In this document: piece after piece, positions 26,101 through 40,800 of the stretch | Position numbering within the stretch: the stretch's first letter is position 1 | Layout: each line of letters begins with the position of its first letter | DNA from: the human T2T-CHM13v2.0 reference genome, Homo sapiens | Strand: one strand, 5' to 3' | Assembly (NCBI RefSeq): GCF_009914755.1 | Contig: NC_060933.1 | DNA length: 64,000 bases | Notes under the pieces: model-generated | Seen by the model: the letters and a program-made list of their open reading frames with translations, nothing else | Databases searched by the model: none | What the model was told of the DNA's origin: nothing | Made by a program: the position numbers and the translations under genes

Positions 26101-29100
26101 CCATTCCATTCCATTCCATTCCAATCCATTCCATTCCGTTCCGTTCCGTTCCATTCCATTCCATTCCATTCTATTCGGGTTAGTTCCATGCCATTCCATT
26201 CGATTGCAATCGAGTTGATTCCATTCCATTCTATTCCATTCTATTCCATTCCTTTCCATTCCGTTACGGATGATTCCATTCCATTGCATTCCATTCCATT
26301 CCATTCCCCTGTACTCGGGTTGATTCCATTCCATTCCATTCCAATCCATGCCATTCCACTCGTGTTGATTCCATTCTGTCCATTCCATTCAAGTTGAATC
26401 CATTCCATTGCATTCCATTCCATTCCATTACCCTGCAGTCGGGTTGATTCCATTCCATTCCATTCCATTCCATTCCATTCCATTCCGTTCCGTTCCATTC
26501 CATTCCATTCCATTCTATACGGGTTAATTCCATTCCATTCCATTCCATTCCATTCCATTCCAATCGAGTTGATTCCATTCCATTCCATTCCATTCCATTC
26601 CACTCCATTCCAGTCCTTTCCATTCCATTCCACTCGGGTTGATTCCAATGTATTCGTTTCCATTCCATTCCATTCCATTGCAATCGAGTTGATTCCATTG
26701 CTTTGCATTCCATTCCATTCCATTCCATTGCGGATGATTCCATTCCATTGCATTCCATTCCATTCCATTCCCCTGCACTCTGGTTGATTCCATTCCATTC
26801 CACTCCATTCCGTTGCATTCCCTTCCATTCCATTGTATTCGGGTTAATTCCATTCCATTCCATTCCATTCCATTCCATTCCATTACAATCGAGTTGATTC
26901 CATTCCATTCCATTCCATTCCAGTCCTTTCCATTCCATTCCACTCGGGTTGATTCCATTCTATTAGTTTCCATTCCATTCCATTCCCTTGCATTCCACTC
27001 TGGTTGATACCATTCCTTTCCATTCCACTCGAATACATTCCCTCCTATTCCACTCGGAACGATTCCATTCCATTCCATTCCATTCCATTCCATTCCATTC
27101 CATTCCATTCCATTTCGTTCCATTCCATTCTATTCCGTATCATTCCATTCCATTCCATTCCATTCCATTGTACTCGGGTTGATTCCATTCCATTGCATTC
27201 CATTCCATTCCATTCCATTCCATTCCGTTGCATTCCATTCCATTACATTCGGATTGATTCTATTCAACTCCCTTACTCTCCATTACATTCCACTCCATTC
27301 GGGTAGTTCCATTCCATTCCATTCCATTCCACTCCATTCCATTGCACTCGGGGTGATTCCATTCCATTCCATTCCATTCCATTCCATTCCATTCCATTCC
27401 GGATGATTCCATTCCATTGCATTCCGTTCCATTACATTCCCCTGCACTCGCTTTGATTCCATTCCATTCCATTCCATTCCATTCAATTCCATACCATTAC
27501 AATTCGTTCCATTCCATTCTATTCCGTACCATTCCATTCCATTCCATACCATTCCATTCCATTCCATTCCATTCCATTCCGTTCCATTCCGTTCCATTCC
27601 ATTCCATTCCATTCTATTCGGATTAATTCCATTCCATTCCGTTCCATTCCATTCTATTCCATTCCATTGCAATCGAGTTGAATCCATTGCATTTCATTCC
27701 ATTCCATTCCATTCCATTCCATTCCATTCCATTCCGGAAGATTCCATTCCATTGCATTCCATTCCATTCCATTCCCCTTCACTCGCGTTGATTCCATTCC
27801 ATTCCATTCCGTTCCGTTCCGTTCCATTCCATTCCATTCCATTCGATTCCATTCCGTTCCGTTCCATTCCATTCCATTCCATTCTATTCGGGTTAATTCC
27901 ATTCCATTCCATTCGATTGCAATCGAGTTGATTCCATTCCATTCCATTCCATTCCATTCCGTTCCATTCCATTCCTTTCCATTCCATTACGGATGATTCC
28001 ATTCCATTGCATTCCATTCCATTCCATTCCCCTGTAGTCGGGTTGATTCCATTCCATTCCGTTCCAATCCATGCCATTCCATTCGTGTTGGTTCCATTCT
28101 TTCCATTCCATTCAAGTTGAATCCATTCCATTGCATTCCATTCCATTCGATTCCATTCGATTGCACTCGGGTTGATTCCATTCCATTGCATTCCATTCCA
28201 TTCCATTCCATTCCATTCCATTCCATTCCGTTCCATTCCATTTCATTACATTCAGATTGATTCTATTCAATTCCCTTACTCTCCATTATATTCCAATCCA
28301 TTCTGGTTGTTTCCATTCCATTCCATTCCATTTCACTCCATTCCATTGCACTCGGTTTGATTCCTTTCCATTCCATTCCATTGCATTCCATTCCATTCCA
28401 TTCCGGATGATTCCATTCCATTGCATTCCTTTCCATTCCATTCCCCTGCACTCGGATTGATTCCATTCCATTCCATTCCATTACATTCCGTTCCATTCCA
28501 TTCCATTCCATTCGGATTGATTCTATTCAATTCCCTTACTCTCCATTGCATTCCATTCCATTCTGGTAGTTTCCATTCCATTCTATTCCATTCCTCTCCA
28601 TTCCATTGCACTCGGGTTGATTCCATTCCATTCCATTCCATTCCTTTACATTACATTACATTACATTCCGTTCCATTGTTCTCGGGTTGATTCCATTCCA
28701 TTGCATTCCATTCCATTCCATTCCATTCCATCCCATTCCATTCCATTCCATTCCGTTCCATTCCATTACATTCGGATTGATTCTATTCAACTCCCTAACT
28801 CTCCATTACATTCCATTCCATTCGGGTTCTACCATTCCATTCCATTCCATTCCACTCCATTCCATTGCACTCGGGTTGATTCCATTCCATTCCATTGCAT
28901 TCAATTCCATTCCATTCCATTCCGGATGATTCCATTCCATTGCATTCCGTTCCATTACATTCCCCTGCACTCGGGTTGATTCCATTCCATTCCATTCCAT
29001 TCCATTCGATTCCATTCCATTCCAATTCTTTCCATTCCATTCTATTCCGTACCATTCCATTCCATTCCATTCCACTCCGTTCCGTTCCGTTCCGTTCCGT

Positions 29101-32100
29101 TCCGTTCCATTCCATTCCATTCCATTCTATTCGGTTTAATTCTATTCCATTCCATTCCATTCCATTCTATTCCATTCCATTGCAATCGAGTTGAATCCAT
29201 TGCATTCCATTCCATTCCATTGCATTCCATTCCGGAAGATTCCATTCCATTGCATTCCATTCCATTCCATTCCATTCCATTCCATTCCATTCCATTCCAT
29301 TGTACTCGGGTTGATTCCATTCCATTGCATTCCATTCCATTCCATTCCATTCCATTGCATTCCATTCCATTCCTTTCCATTCCATTCCATTCCATTCCAT
29401 TCCGTTGTATTCCATTCCATTACATTCGGATTGATTCTATTCAACTCCCTTACTCTCCATTAATTTCCATTCCATTTGGGTTGTTCCATTCCATTCCATT
29501 CCATTCCACTCCATTCCATTGCACTCGGGTTGATTCCATTTCATTCCATTCCATTCCATTCCATTCCGGATGATTCCATTCCTTTGCATTCCGTTCCATT
29601 ACATTCCCCTGCACTCGCGTTGATTCCATTCCATTCCATTCCATTCCATTCAATTCCATTCCATTACAATTCGTTCCATTCCATTCTATTCCGTACCATT
29701 CCATTCCATTCCATACCATTCCATTCCATTCCATTCCATTCCATTCCGTTCCATTCCGTTCCATTCCATTCCATTCCATTGTTTTCGGGTTAATTCCATT
29801 CCATTCCATTCCATTCCATTCCATTCTATTCCATTCCATTGCAATCGAGTTGAATCAATTTCATTTCATTCCATTCCATTCCATTCCATTCCGGAAGATT
29901 CCATTCCATTGCATTCCATTCCATTCCATTCCCCTGCACTCGCGTTGATTCCATTCCATTCCATTCCATTCCATCCATTCCGTTCCGTTCCGTTCCATTC
30001 CATTCCATTCCATTCCATTCCATTCCGTTCCGTTCCATTCCATTCCATTCTATTCTATTCGGGTTAATTCCATTCCATTCCATTCGATTGCAATCGAGTT
30101 GATTCTATTCCATTCCATTCCATTCCATTCCATTCCATTCCATTCCATTCCTTTCCATTCCATTACGGATTATTCCATTCCATTGCATTCCATTCCATTC
30201 CATTGCCCTGCACTCGGGTTGATTCCATTCCATTCCACTCCATTCCGTTCCATTCCATTCCATTCCATTGTATTCGGGTTAATTCCATTCAATTCCATTC
30301 CATTCCATTCCATTCCATTCCATTACAATCGAGTTGATTCCATTCCATTCCATTCCATTCCAGTCCTTTCCATTCCATTCCACTCGGGTTGATTCCATTC
30401 TATTAGTTTCCATTCCATTCCATTCCCTTCCATTCCACTCTGGTTGATACCATTCCTTTCCATTCCACTCGAATACATTCCCTCCTATTCCATTCGGAAC
30501 GATTCCATTCCATTCCATTCCATTCCATTTCGTTCCATTCCATTCTATTCCGTATCATTCCATTCAATTCCTTTCCATTCCATTGTACTCGGATTGATTC
30601 AATTCCATTGCATTCCATTCCATTCCATTCCATTCCATTCCATTCCATTCCGTTGCATTCCATTCCATTACATTCGGATTGATTCTATTCAACTCCCTTA
30701 CTCTCCATTACATTCCACTCCATTAGGGTTGTTCCATTCCATTCCATTCCATTCCACTCCATTCCATTGCACTCGGGGTGATTCCATTCCATTCCATTCC
30801 ATTCCATTCCATTCCATTCCATTCCGGATGATTCCATTCCATTGCATTCCATTCCATTCCATTCCCCTGCACTCGCGTTGATTCCATTCCATTCCATTCC
30901 ATTCCATTCCGTTCCGTTCCGTTCCATTCCATTCCATTCCATTCCATTCCATTCCATTCCATTCCATTCCGTTCCGTTCCATTCCATTCCATTCCATTCT
31001 CTTCGGGTTAATTCCATTCCATTCCATTCGATTGCAATCGAGTTGATTCCATTCCATTCCATTCCATTCCTTTCCATTCCATTCCTTTCCATTCCATTAC
31101 GGATGATTCCATTCCATTGCATTCCATTCCATTCCATTCCCCTGTACTCTGGTTGATTCCATTCCATTCCATTCCAATCCATGCCATTCCACTCGTGTTG
31201 ATTCCATTCTTTCCATTCCATTCAAGTTGAATCCATTCCATTGCATTCCATTCCATTCGATTCCATTCGATTGTACTCGGGTTGATTCCATTCCATTGCA
31301 TTCCATTCCATTCCATTCCATTCCATTCCATTCCATTACATTCGGATTTATTCTATTCAATTCCCTTACACTCCATTACATTCCATTCCATTCGGGTAGT
31401 TTGCATTCCATTCCATTCCATTCCTCTCCATTCCATTGAACTCGGGTTGATTCCATTCCATTGCATTCCATTACATTCCATTCAATTCCATTCTGTTCCA
31501 TTCCATTCCATTACATTCGGATTGATTCTATTCAACTCCCTTACTCTCCATTACATTCCATTCCATTCGGGTTGTTCCATTCCATTCCATTCCATTCCAC
31601 TCCATTCCATTGCACTCGGGTTGATTCCATTCCATTCCATTCAATTCCATTCCATTCCATTCCATTCGGGAAGATTCCATTCCATTGCATTCCATTCCAT
31701 TCCATTCCATTCCATTCCATTGCTTTCCGTTCCATTCCATTCCATTCCATTCCAATCCATTCCATTCCGTTCCATTCCGTTCCATTCCATTCCATTCCAT
31801 TCTATTCGGGTTAATTCCATTCCATTCCATTCGATTGCAATCGAGTTGATTCCATTCCATTCCATTCCATTCCATTCCATTCCATTCCATTCCATTCCTT
31901 TCCATTCCATTACGAATGATTCCATTCCATTGCATTCCATTCCATTCCATTCCTCTGTACTCGGGTTGATTCCATTCCATTCCATTCCAATCCATGCCAT
32001 TCCACTCGTGTTGATTCCATTCTTTCCATTCCATTCAAGTTGAATCCATTCCATTGCATTCCATTCCATTCCATTCCCCTGCAGTCGGGTTCTTTCCATT

Positions 32101-34809
32101 CCATTCCATTCCATTCCATTCCATTCCATTCCATTCCGTTCCATTCTGTTCCATTCCATTCCATTCCATTCTATTCGGGTTAATTCCATTCCATTCCATT
32201 CCATTCCATTCCATTCCATTCCAATCGAGTTGATTCCATTCCATTCCATTCCATTCCATTCCACTCCATTCCAGTCCATTCCATTCCATTCCACTCGGGT
32301 TGATTCCAATGTATTCCTTTCCATTCCATTCCATTCCATTGCAATCGAGTTGATTCCATTGCGTTGCATTCCATTCCATTCCATTCCATTCCGGATGATT
32401 CCATTCCATTGCATTCCATTCCATTCCATTCCCCTGCACTCGTGTTGATTCCATTCCGTTCCACTCCATTCCGTTCCATTCCATTCCATTGCATAGTATT
32501 CGGGTTAATTCCATTCCATTCCATTCCATTCCATTCCATTCCATTCCATTCCATTCCATTAAAATCGAGTTGATTCCATTCCATTCCTTTCCATTCCAGT
32601 GCTTTCCATTCCATTCCTCTCGGGTTGATTCCATTCTATTAGTTTCCATTCCATTCCATTCCCTTCCATTCCACTCTGGTTGATTCCATTCCTTTCCATT
32701 CCACTCGAATACATTCCCTCCTATTCCACTTGGAACGATTCCATTCCATTCCATTCCATTCCATTCCATTCCATTCCATTCCATTCCATTCCATTCCATT
32801 TCGTTCCATTCCATTCTATTCCGTATCATTCCATTCCATTCCATTCCATTCCATTCCATTCCATTGTACTCGGGTTGATTCAATTCCATTGCATTCCATT
32901 CCATTCCATTCCATTCCATTCCGTTGCATTCCATTCCTTTACATTCGGATTGATTCTATTCAACTCCCTTACTCTCCATTACATTCAATTCCATTCGGGT
33001 TGTTCCATTCCATTCCATTCCACTCCATTCCATTGCATCGGGTTGATTGCATTCCATTCCATTCCATTCCATTCCGGATGATTCCATTCCATTGCATTCC
33101 ATTCCATTCCATTCCCCTGCACTCGGGTTGATTCCATTCCATTCCATTCCAATCCATGCCATTCCACTCGTGTTGATTCCATTCTTTCCATTCCATTCAA
33201 GTTGAATCCATTACATTGCATTCCATTCCATTCGATTCCATTCGATTGCACTCGGGTTGATTCCATTCCATTGCATTCCATTCCATTCCATTCCATTCCA
33301 TTCCATTCCATTCCATTTCGTTCCATTCCATTCCATTACATTCGGATTGATTCTATTCAATTCCCTTACACTCCATTACATTCCATTCCATTCGGGTATT
33401 TTCCATTCCATTCCATTGCATTCCTCTCCATTCCATTGCACTCGGGTTGATTCCATTCCATTGCATTCCATTCCATTCCATTCAATTCCATTCCGTTCCA
33501 TTCCATTCCATTACATTCGGATTGATTCTATTCAACTCCCTTACTCTCCATTACATTCCATTCCATTCGGGTTGTTCCATTCCATTCCATTCCATTCCAC
33601 TCCATTCCATTGCACTCGGGTTTATTCCATTCCATTCCATTCCATTCCATTCCATTCCGGAAGATTCCATTCCATTGCATTCCATTCCATTCCATTCCCC
33701 TGCACTCGCGTTGATTCCATTCCATTCCATTCCATTCCATTCCATTCCATTCCATTCCATTCCATTCCTTTCCGTTCCATTCCATTCCATTCCATTCCAT
33801 TCCAATCCATTCCATTCCGTTCAGTTCCGTTCCGTTCCATTCCATTCCATTCCATTCTATTCGGGTTAATTCCATTCCATTCCATTCGATTGCAATCGAG
33901 TTGATTCCATTCCATTCTATTCCATTCCATTCCATTCCTTTGCATTCCATTACGGATGATTCCATTCCATTGCATTCCATTCCATTCCATTCCCCTGTAC
34001 TCGGGTTCATTCCATTACATTCCATTCCAATCCATGCCATTCCACTCGTGTTGATTCCATTCTTTCTATTCCATTCATGTTGAATCCATTCCATTGCATT
34101 CCATTCCATTCCATTACCCTGCAGTCGGGTTGATTCCATTCCATTCCATTCCATTCCATTCCATTCCGTTCCATTCCATTCCATTCCATTGCATTCTATT
34201 CGGGTTAATTCCATTCCATTCCATTCCATTCCATTCCAATCGAGTTGATTCCATTCCATTCCATTCCATTCCATTCCACTCCATTCCAGTCCTTTCCATT
34301 CCATTCTACTCGGGTTGATTCCAATGTATTCCTTTCCATTCCATTCCATTCCATTGCAATCGAGGTGATTCCATTGCTTTGCATTCCATTCCATTCCATT
34401 CCATTCCGGATGATTCCATTCCATTGCATTCCATTCCATTCCATTCCCCTGCACTCGGGTTGATTCCATTCCATTCCACTCCATTCCGTTCCATTCCATT
34501 CCATTCCATTGTATTCGGGTTAATTCCATTCCATTCCATTCCATTCCATTCCATTCCATTCCATTCCATTACAATCGAGTTGATTCCATTCCATTCCATT
34601 CCATTCCAGTCCTTTCCATTCCATTCCACTCGGGTTGATTCCATTCTATTAGTTTCCATTCCATTCCATTCCCTTCCATTCCACTCTGGTTGATACAATT
34701 CCTTTCCATTCCACTCGAATACATTCCCTCCTATTCCACTAGGAACGATTCCATTCAATTCCATTCCATTCCATTCCATTCCATTCCATTCCATTCCATT
34801 CCATTCCAT

Positions 34810-37800
34810 TTCGTTCCATTCCATTCTATTCCGTATCATTCCATTCCATTCCATTCCATTCTATTCCATTCCATTCCATTCCATTGTACTCGGGTTGATT
34901 CAATTCCATTGCATTCCATTCCATTCCGTTGCATTCCATTCCATTACATTCGGATTGATTCTATTCAACTCCCTTACTCTCCATTACATTCCACTCCATT
35001 CGGGTTGTTCCATTCCATTCCATTCCATTCCATTCCACTCCATTCCATTGCACTCGGGTTGATTCCATTCCATTCCATTCCATTCCATTCCATTCCATTC
35101 CATTCCATTCCGGATGATTCCATTCCATTGCATTCCGTTCCATTACATTCCCCTGCACTCGCGTTGATTCCATTCCATTCCATTCCATTCCATTCCATTC
35201 CATTCCATTACAATTCTTTCCATTCCATTCTATTCCGTACCATTCCATTCCATTCCATACCATTCCATTCCATTCCATTCCATTCCATTCCGTTCCATTC
35301 CGTTCCATTCCATTCCATTCCATTCTATTCGGATTAATTCCATTCCATTCCATTCCATTCCATTCTATTCCATTCCATTGCAATCTAGTTGAATCAATTG
35401 CATTTCATTCCATCCCATTCCATTCCATTCCGGAAGATTCCATTCCATTGCATTCCATTCCATTCCATTCCCCTGCACTCGCGTTGATTCCATTCCATTC
35501 CATTCCATTCCATTCCATTCCATTCCATCCATTCCGTTCCGTTCCGTTCCATTCCATTCCATTCCATTCCATTCCATTCCATTCCGTTCCGTTCCATTCC
35601 ATTCCATTCCATTCTATTCGGGTTAATTCCATTCCATTCCATTCGACTGCAATCGAGTTGATTCCATTCCATTCCATTCCATTCCATTCCATTGCATTCC
35701 TTTCCATTCCATTATGGATGGTTCCATTCCATTGCATTCCATTCCATTCCATTCCCCTGTACTCGGGTTGATTCCATTCCATTCCATTCCAATCCATGCC
35801 ATTCCACTCGTGTTGATTCCATTCTTTCCATTCCATTCAAGTTGAATCCATTCCATTGCATGCCATTCCATTCGATTCCATTCGATTGCACTCGGGTTGA
35901 TTCCATTCCATTGCATTCCATTCCATTCCATTCCATTCCATTCCATTGCATTCCATTGCATTTCGTTCCATTCCATTCCATTACATTCGGATTGATTCTA
36001 TACAATTCCCTTACACTCGATTACATTCCATTCCATTCGGGTATTTTCCATTCCATTCCATTCCATTCCTCTCCATTCCATTGCCCTCGGGTTGATTCCA
36101 TTCCATTGCATTCCATTCCATTCCTTTCAATTCCATTCCTTTCCATTCCATTCCATTACATTCGGATTGATTCTATTCAACTCCCTTACTCTCCATTACA
36201 TTCCATTCCATTCGGGTTGTTCCATTCCATTCCATTCCATTCCACTCCATTCCATTGCACTCGGGTTTATTCCATTCCATTCCATTCCATTCCATTCCAT
36301 TCCGGAAGATTCCATTCCATTGCATTCCATTCCATTCCATTCCCCTGCACTCGCGTTGATTCCATTCCATTCCATTCCATTCCATTCCATTCCATTCGAT
36401 TCCTTTCCGTTCCATTCCATTCCATTCCATTCCATTCCTATCCATTCCATTCCGTTCCGTTCCGTTCCATTCCATTCCATTCCATTCTATTCGGGTTAAT
36501 TCCATTCCATTCCATTCGATTGCAATCGAGTTGATTCCATTCCATTCTATTCCATTCCATTCCATTCCTTTGCATTCCATTACGGATGATTCCATTCCAT
36601 TGCATTCCATTCCATTCCATTCCCCTGTACTCGGGTTCATTCCATTCCATTCCATTCCAATCCATGCCATTCCACTCGTGTTGATTCCATTCTTTCCATT
36701 CCATTCAAGTTGAATCCATTCCATTGCATTCCATTCCATTCCATTCCCCTGCAGTCGGGTTGATTCCATTCCATTCCATTCCATTCCATTCCATTCCGTT
36801 CCATTCCATTCCATTCCATTCCATTCCATTCCATTCTATTCGGGTTAATTCCATTCCATTCCATTCCATTCCTTTCCATTCCATTCCATTCCATTACAAT
36901 CGAGTTGACTCCATTCCATTCAATTCCATTCCATTCCAGTCCTTTCCATTCCATTCCACTCGGGTTGATTCCATTCTATTAGTTTCCATTCCATTCCATT
37001 CCCTTCCATTCCACTCTGGTTGATTCCATTCCTTTCCATTCCACTCGAATACATTCCCTCCTGTTCCACTCGGAACGATTCCATTCCATTCCATTCCATT
37101 CCATTCCATTCCATTCCATTCCATTCCATTCCATTCCATTTCGTTCCATTCCATTCTATTCCGTATCATTCCATTCCATTCCATTCCATTCCATTCCATT
37201 CCATTGTACTCGGGTTGATTCAATTCCATTGCATTCCATTCCATTCCATTCCATTCCATTCCGTTGCATTCCATTGCTTTACATTCGGATTGATTCTATT
37301 CAACTCCCTTACTCTCCATTACATTCCATTCCATTCGGGTTGTTCCATTCCATTCCATTCCATTCCACTCCTTTCCATTGCATCGGGTTGATTGCATTCC
37401 ATTCCATTCCATTCCATTCCGGATGATTCCATTCCATTCCATTCCATTCCATTCCATTCCATTCCATTCCATTCCATTCCATTCCATTTCGTTCCATTCC
37501 ATTCTATTCCGTATCATTCCATTCCATTCCATTCCATTCCATTCCATTCCATTCCATTCCATTCCATTGTACTCGGGTTGATTCAATTCCATTGCATTCA
37601 ATTCCATTCCATTCCATTCCATTCCGTTGCATTCCATTCCATTACATTCGGATTGATTCTATTCAACTCCATTACTCTCCATTCCATTCCATTCCATTCG
37701 GGTTGTTCCATTCCATTCCATTCCATTCCACTCCATTCCATTGCACTCGGGTTGATTCCATTCCATTCCATTCCATTCCATTCCATTCCATTCCGGATGA

Positions 37801-40800
37801 TTCCATTCCATTGCATTCCGTTCCATTAAATTCCCCTGCACTCGCGTTGATTCCATTCCATTCCATTCAATTCCATTCCATTACAATTCGTTCCATTCCA
37901 TTCTATTCCGTACCATTCCATTCCATTCCACACCATTCCATTCCATTACATTCCATTCCATTCCGTTCCATTCCGTTCCATTCCATTCCATTCCATTTCG
38001 TTCCATTCCATTCTATTCCGTATCATTCCATTCCATTCCATTCCATTCCATTCCATTCCATTCCATTCCATTGTACTCGGGTTGATTCAATTCCATTGCA
38101 TTCCATTCCATTCCGTTGCATTCCATTCCATTACATTCGGATTGATTCTATTCAACTCCCTTACTCTCCATTACATTCCACTCCATTCGGGTTGTTCCAT
38201 TCCATTCCATTCCATTCCATTCCACTCCATTCCATTGCACTCGGGTTGATTCCATTCCATTCCATTCCATTCCATTTCATTCCATTCCATTCCGGATGAT
38301 TCCATTCCATTGCATTCCGTTCCATTACATTCCCCTGCACTCGCGTTGATTCCATTCCATTCCATTCCATTCCATTCCATTCCATTCCATTACAATTCGT
38401 TCCATTCCATTCTATTCCGTACCATTCCATTCCATTCCATACCATTCCATTCCATTCCATTCCGTTCCATTCCGTTCCATTCCATTGCATTCCATTCTAT
38501 TCGGATTAATTCCATTCCATTCCATTCCATTCCATTCTATTCCATTCCATTGCAATCGAGTTGAATCAATTGCATTTCATTCCATCCCATTCCATTCCAT
38601 TCCGGAAGATTCCATTCCATTGCATTCCATTCCATTCCATTCCCCTGCAGTCGCGTTGATTCCATTCCATTCCATTCCATTCCATTCCATTCCATCCATT
38701 CCGTTCCGTTCCGTTCCATTCCATTCCATTCCATTCCATTCCATTCCGTTCCGTTCCATTCCATTCCATTCCATTCTATTCGGGTTAATTCCATTCCATT
38801 CCATTCGACTGCAATCGAGTTGATTCCATTCCATTCCATTCCATTCCATTCCATTCCTTTCCATTCCATTATGGATGGTTCCATTCCATTGCATTCCATT
38901 CCATTCCATTCCCCTGTACTCGGGTTGATTCCATTCCATTCCATTCCAATCCATGCCATTCCACTCGTGTTGATTCCATTCTTTCCATTCCATTCAGGTT
39001 GAATCCATTCCATTGCATGCCATTCCATTCGATTCCATTCGATTGCACTCGGGTTGATTCCATTCCATTGCATTCCATTCCATTCCATTCCTTTCCATTC
39101 CATTTCGTTCCATTCCATTCCATTACATTCGGATTGATTCTATACAATTCCCTTACACTCCATTACATTCCATTCCATTCGGGTATTTTCCATTCCATTC
39201 CATTCCATTCCACTCCATTCCATTGCACTCGGGTTGATTCCATTCCATTCCATTCCATTCCATTCCATTCCGGAAGATTCCATTCCATTGCATTCCATTC
39301 CATTCCATTCCCCTGCACTCGCGTTGATTCCATTCCATTCCATTCCATTCCATTCCATTCCATTCCATTCCATTCCTTTCCGTTCCATTCCATTCCATTC
39401 CATTCCATTCCTATCCATTCCATTCCGTTCCGTTCCGTTCCATTCCATTCCATTCCATTCTATTCGGGTTAATTCCATTCCATTCCATTCGATTGCAATC
39501 GAGTTGATTCCATTCCATTCTATTCCATTCCATTCCATTCCTTTGCATTCCATTACGGATGATTCCATTCCATTGCATTCCATTCCATTCCATTCCCCTG
39601 TACTCGGGTTCATTCCATTCCATTCCATTCCAATCCATGCCATTCCACTCGTGTTGATTCCATTCTTTCCATTCCATTCAAGTTGAATCCATTCCATTGC
39701 ATTCCATTCCATTCCATTCCCCTGCAGTCGGGTTGATTCCATTCCATTCCATTCCATTCCATTCCATTCCGTTCCATTCCATTCCATTCCATTCCATTCT
39801 ATTCGGGTTAATTCCATTCCATTCCATTCCATTCCTTTCCATTCCATTCCATTCCATTACAATCGAGTTGACTCCATTCCATTCAATTCCATTCCATTCC
39901 AGTCCTTTCCATTCCATTCCACTCGGGTTGATTCCATTCTATTAGTTTCCATTCCATTCCATTCCCTTCCATTCCACTCTGGTTGATTCCATTCCTTTCC
40001 ATTCCACTCGAATACATTCCCTCCTGTTCCACTCGGAACGATTCCATTCCATTCCATTCCATTCCATTCCATTCCATTCCATTCCATTTCGTTCCATTCC
40101 ATTCTATTCCGTATCATTCCATTCCATTCCATTCCATTCCATTCCATTGTACTCGGGTTGATTCAATTCCATTGCATTCCATTCCATTCCATTCCATTCC
40201 ATTCCGTTGCATTCCATTCCTTTACATTCGGATTGATTCTATTCAACTCCCTTACTCTCCATTACATTCCATTCCATTCGGGTTGTTCCATTCCATTCCA
40301 TTCCATTCCACTCCATTCCATTGCATCGGGTTGATTGCATTCCATTCCATTCCATTCCATTCCGGATGATTCCATTCCATTCCATTCCATTCCATTCCAT
40401 TCCATTCCATTCCATTCCATTCCATTTCGTTCCATTCCATTCTATTCCGTATCATTCCATTCCATTCCATTCCATTCCATTCCATTCCATTCCATTCCAT
40501 TCCATTGTACTCGGGTTGATTCAATTCCATTGCATTCAATTCCATTCCATTCCATTCCATTCCGTTGCATTCCATTCCATTACATTCGGATTGATTCTAT
40601 TCAACTCCATTACTCTCCATTCCATTCCATTCCATTCGGGTTGTTCCATTCCATTCCATTCCATTCCACTCCATTCCATTGCACTCGGGTTGATTCCATT
40701 CCATTCCATTCCATTCCATTCCATTCCATTCCATTCCGGATGATTCCATTCCATTGCATTCCGTTCCATTAAATTCCCCTGCACTCGCGTTGATTCCATT

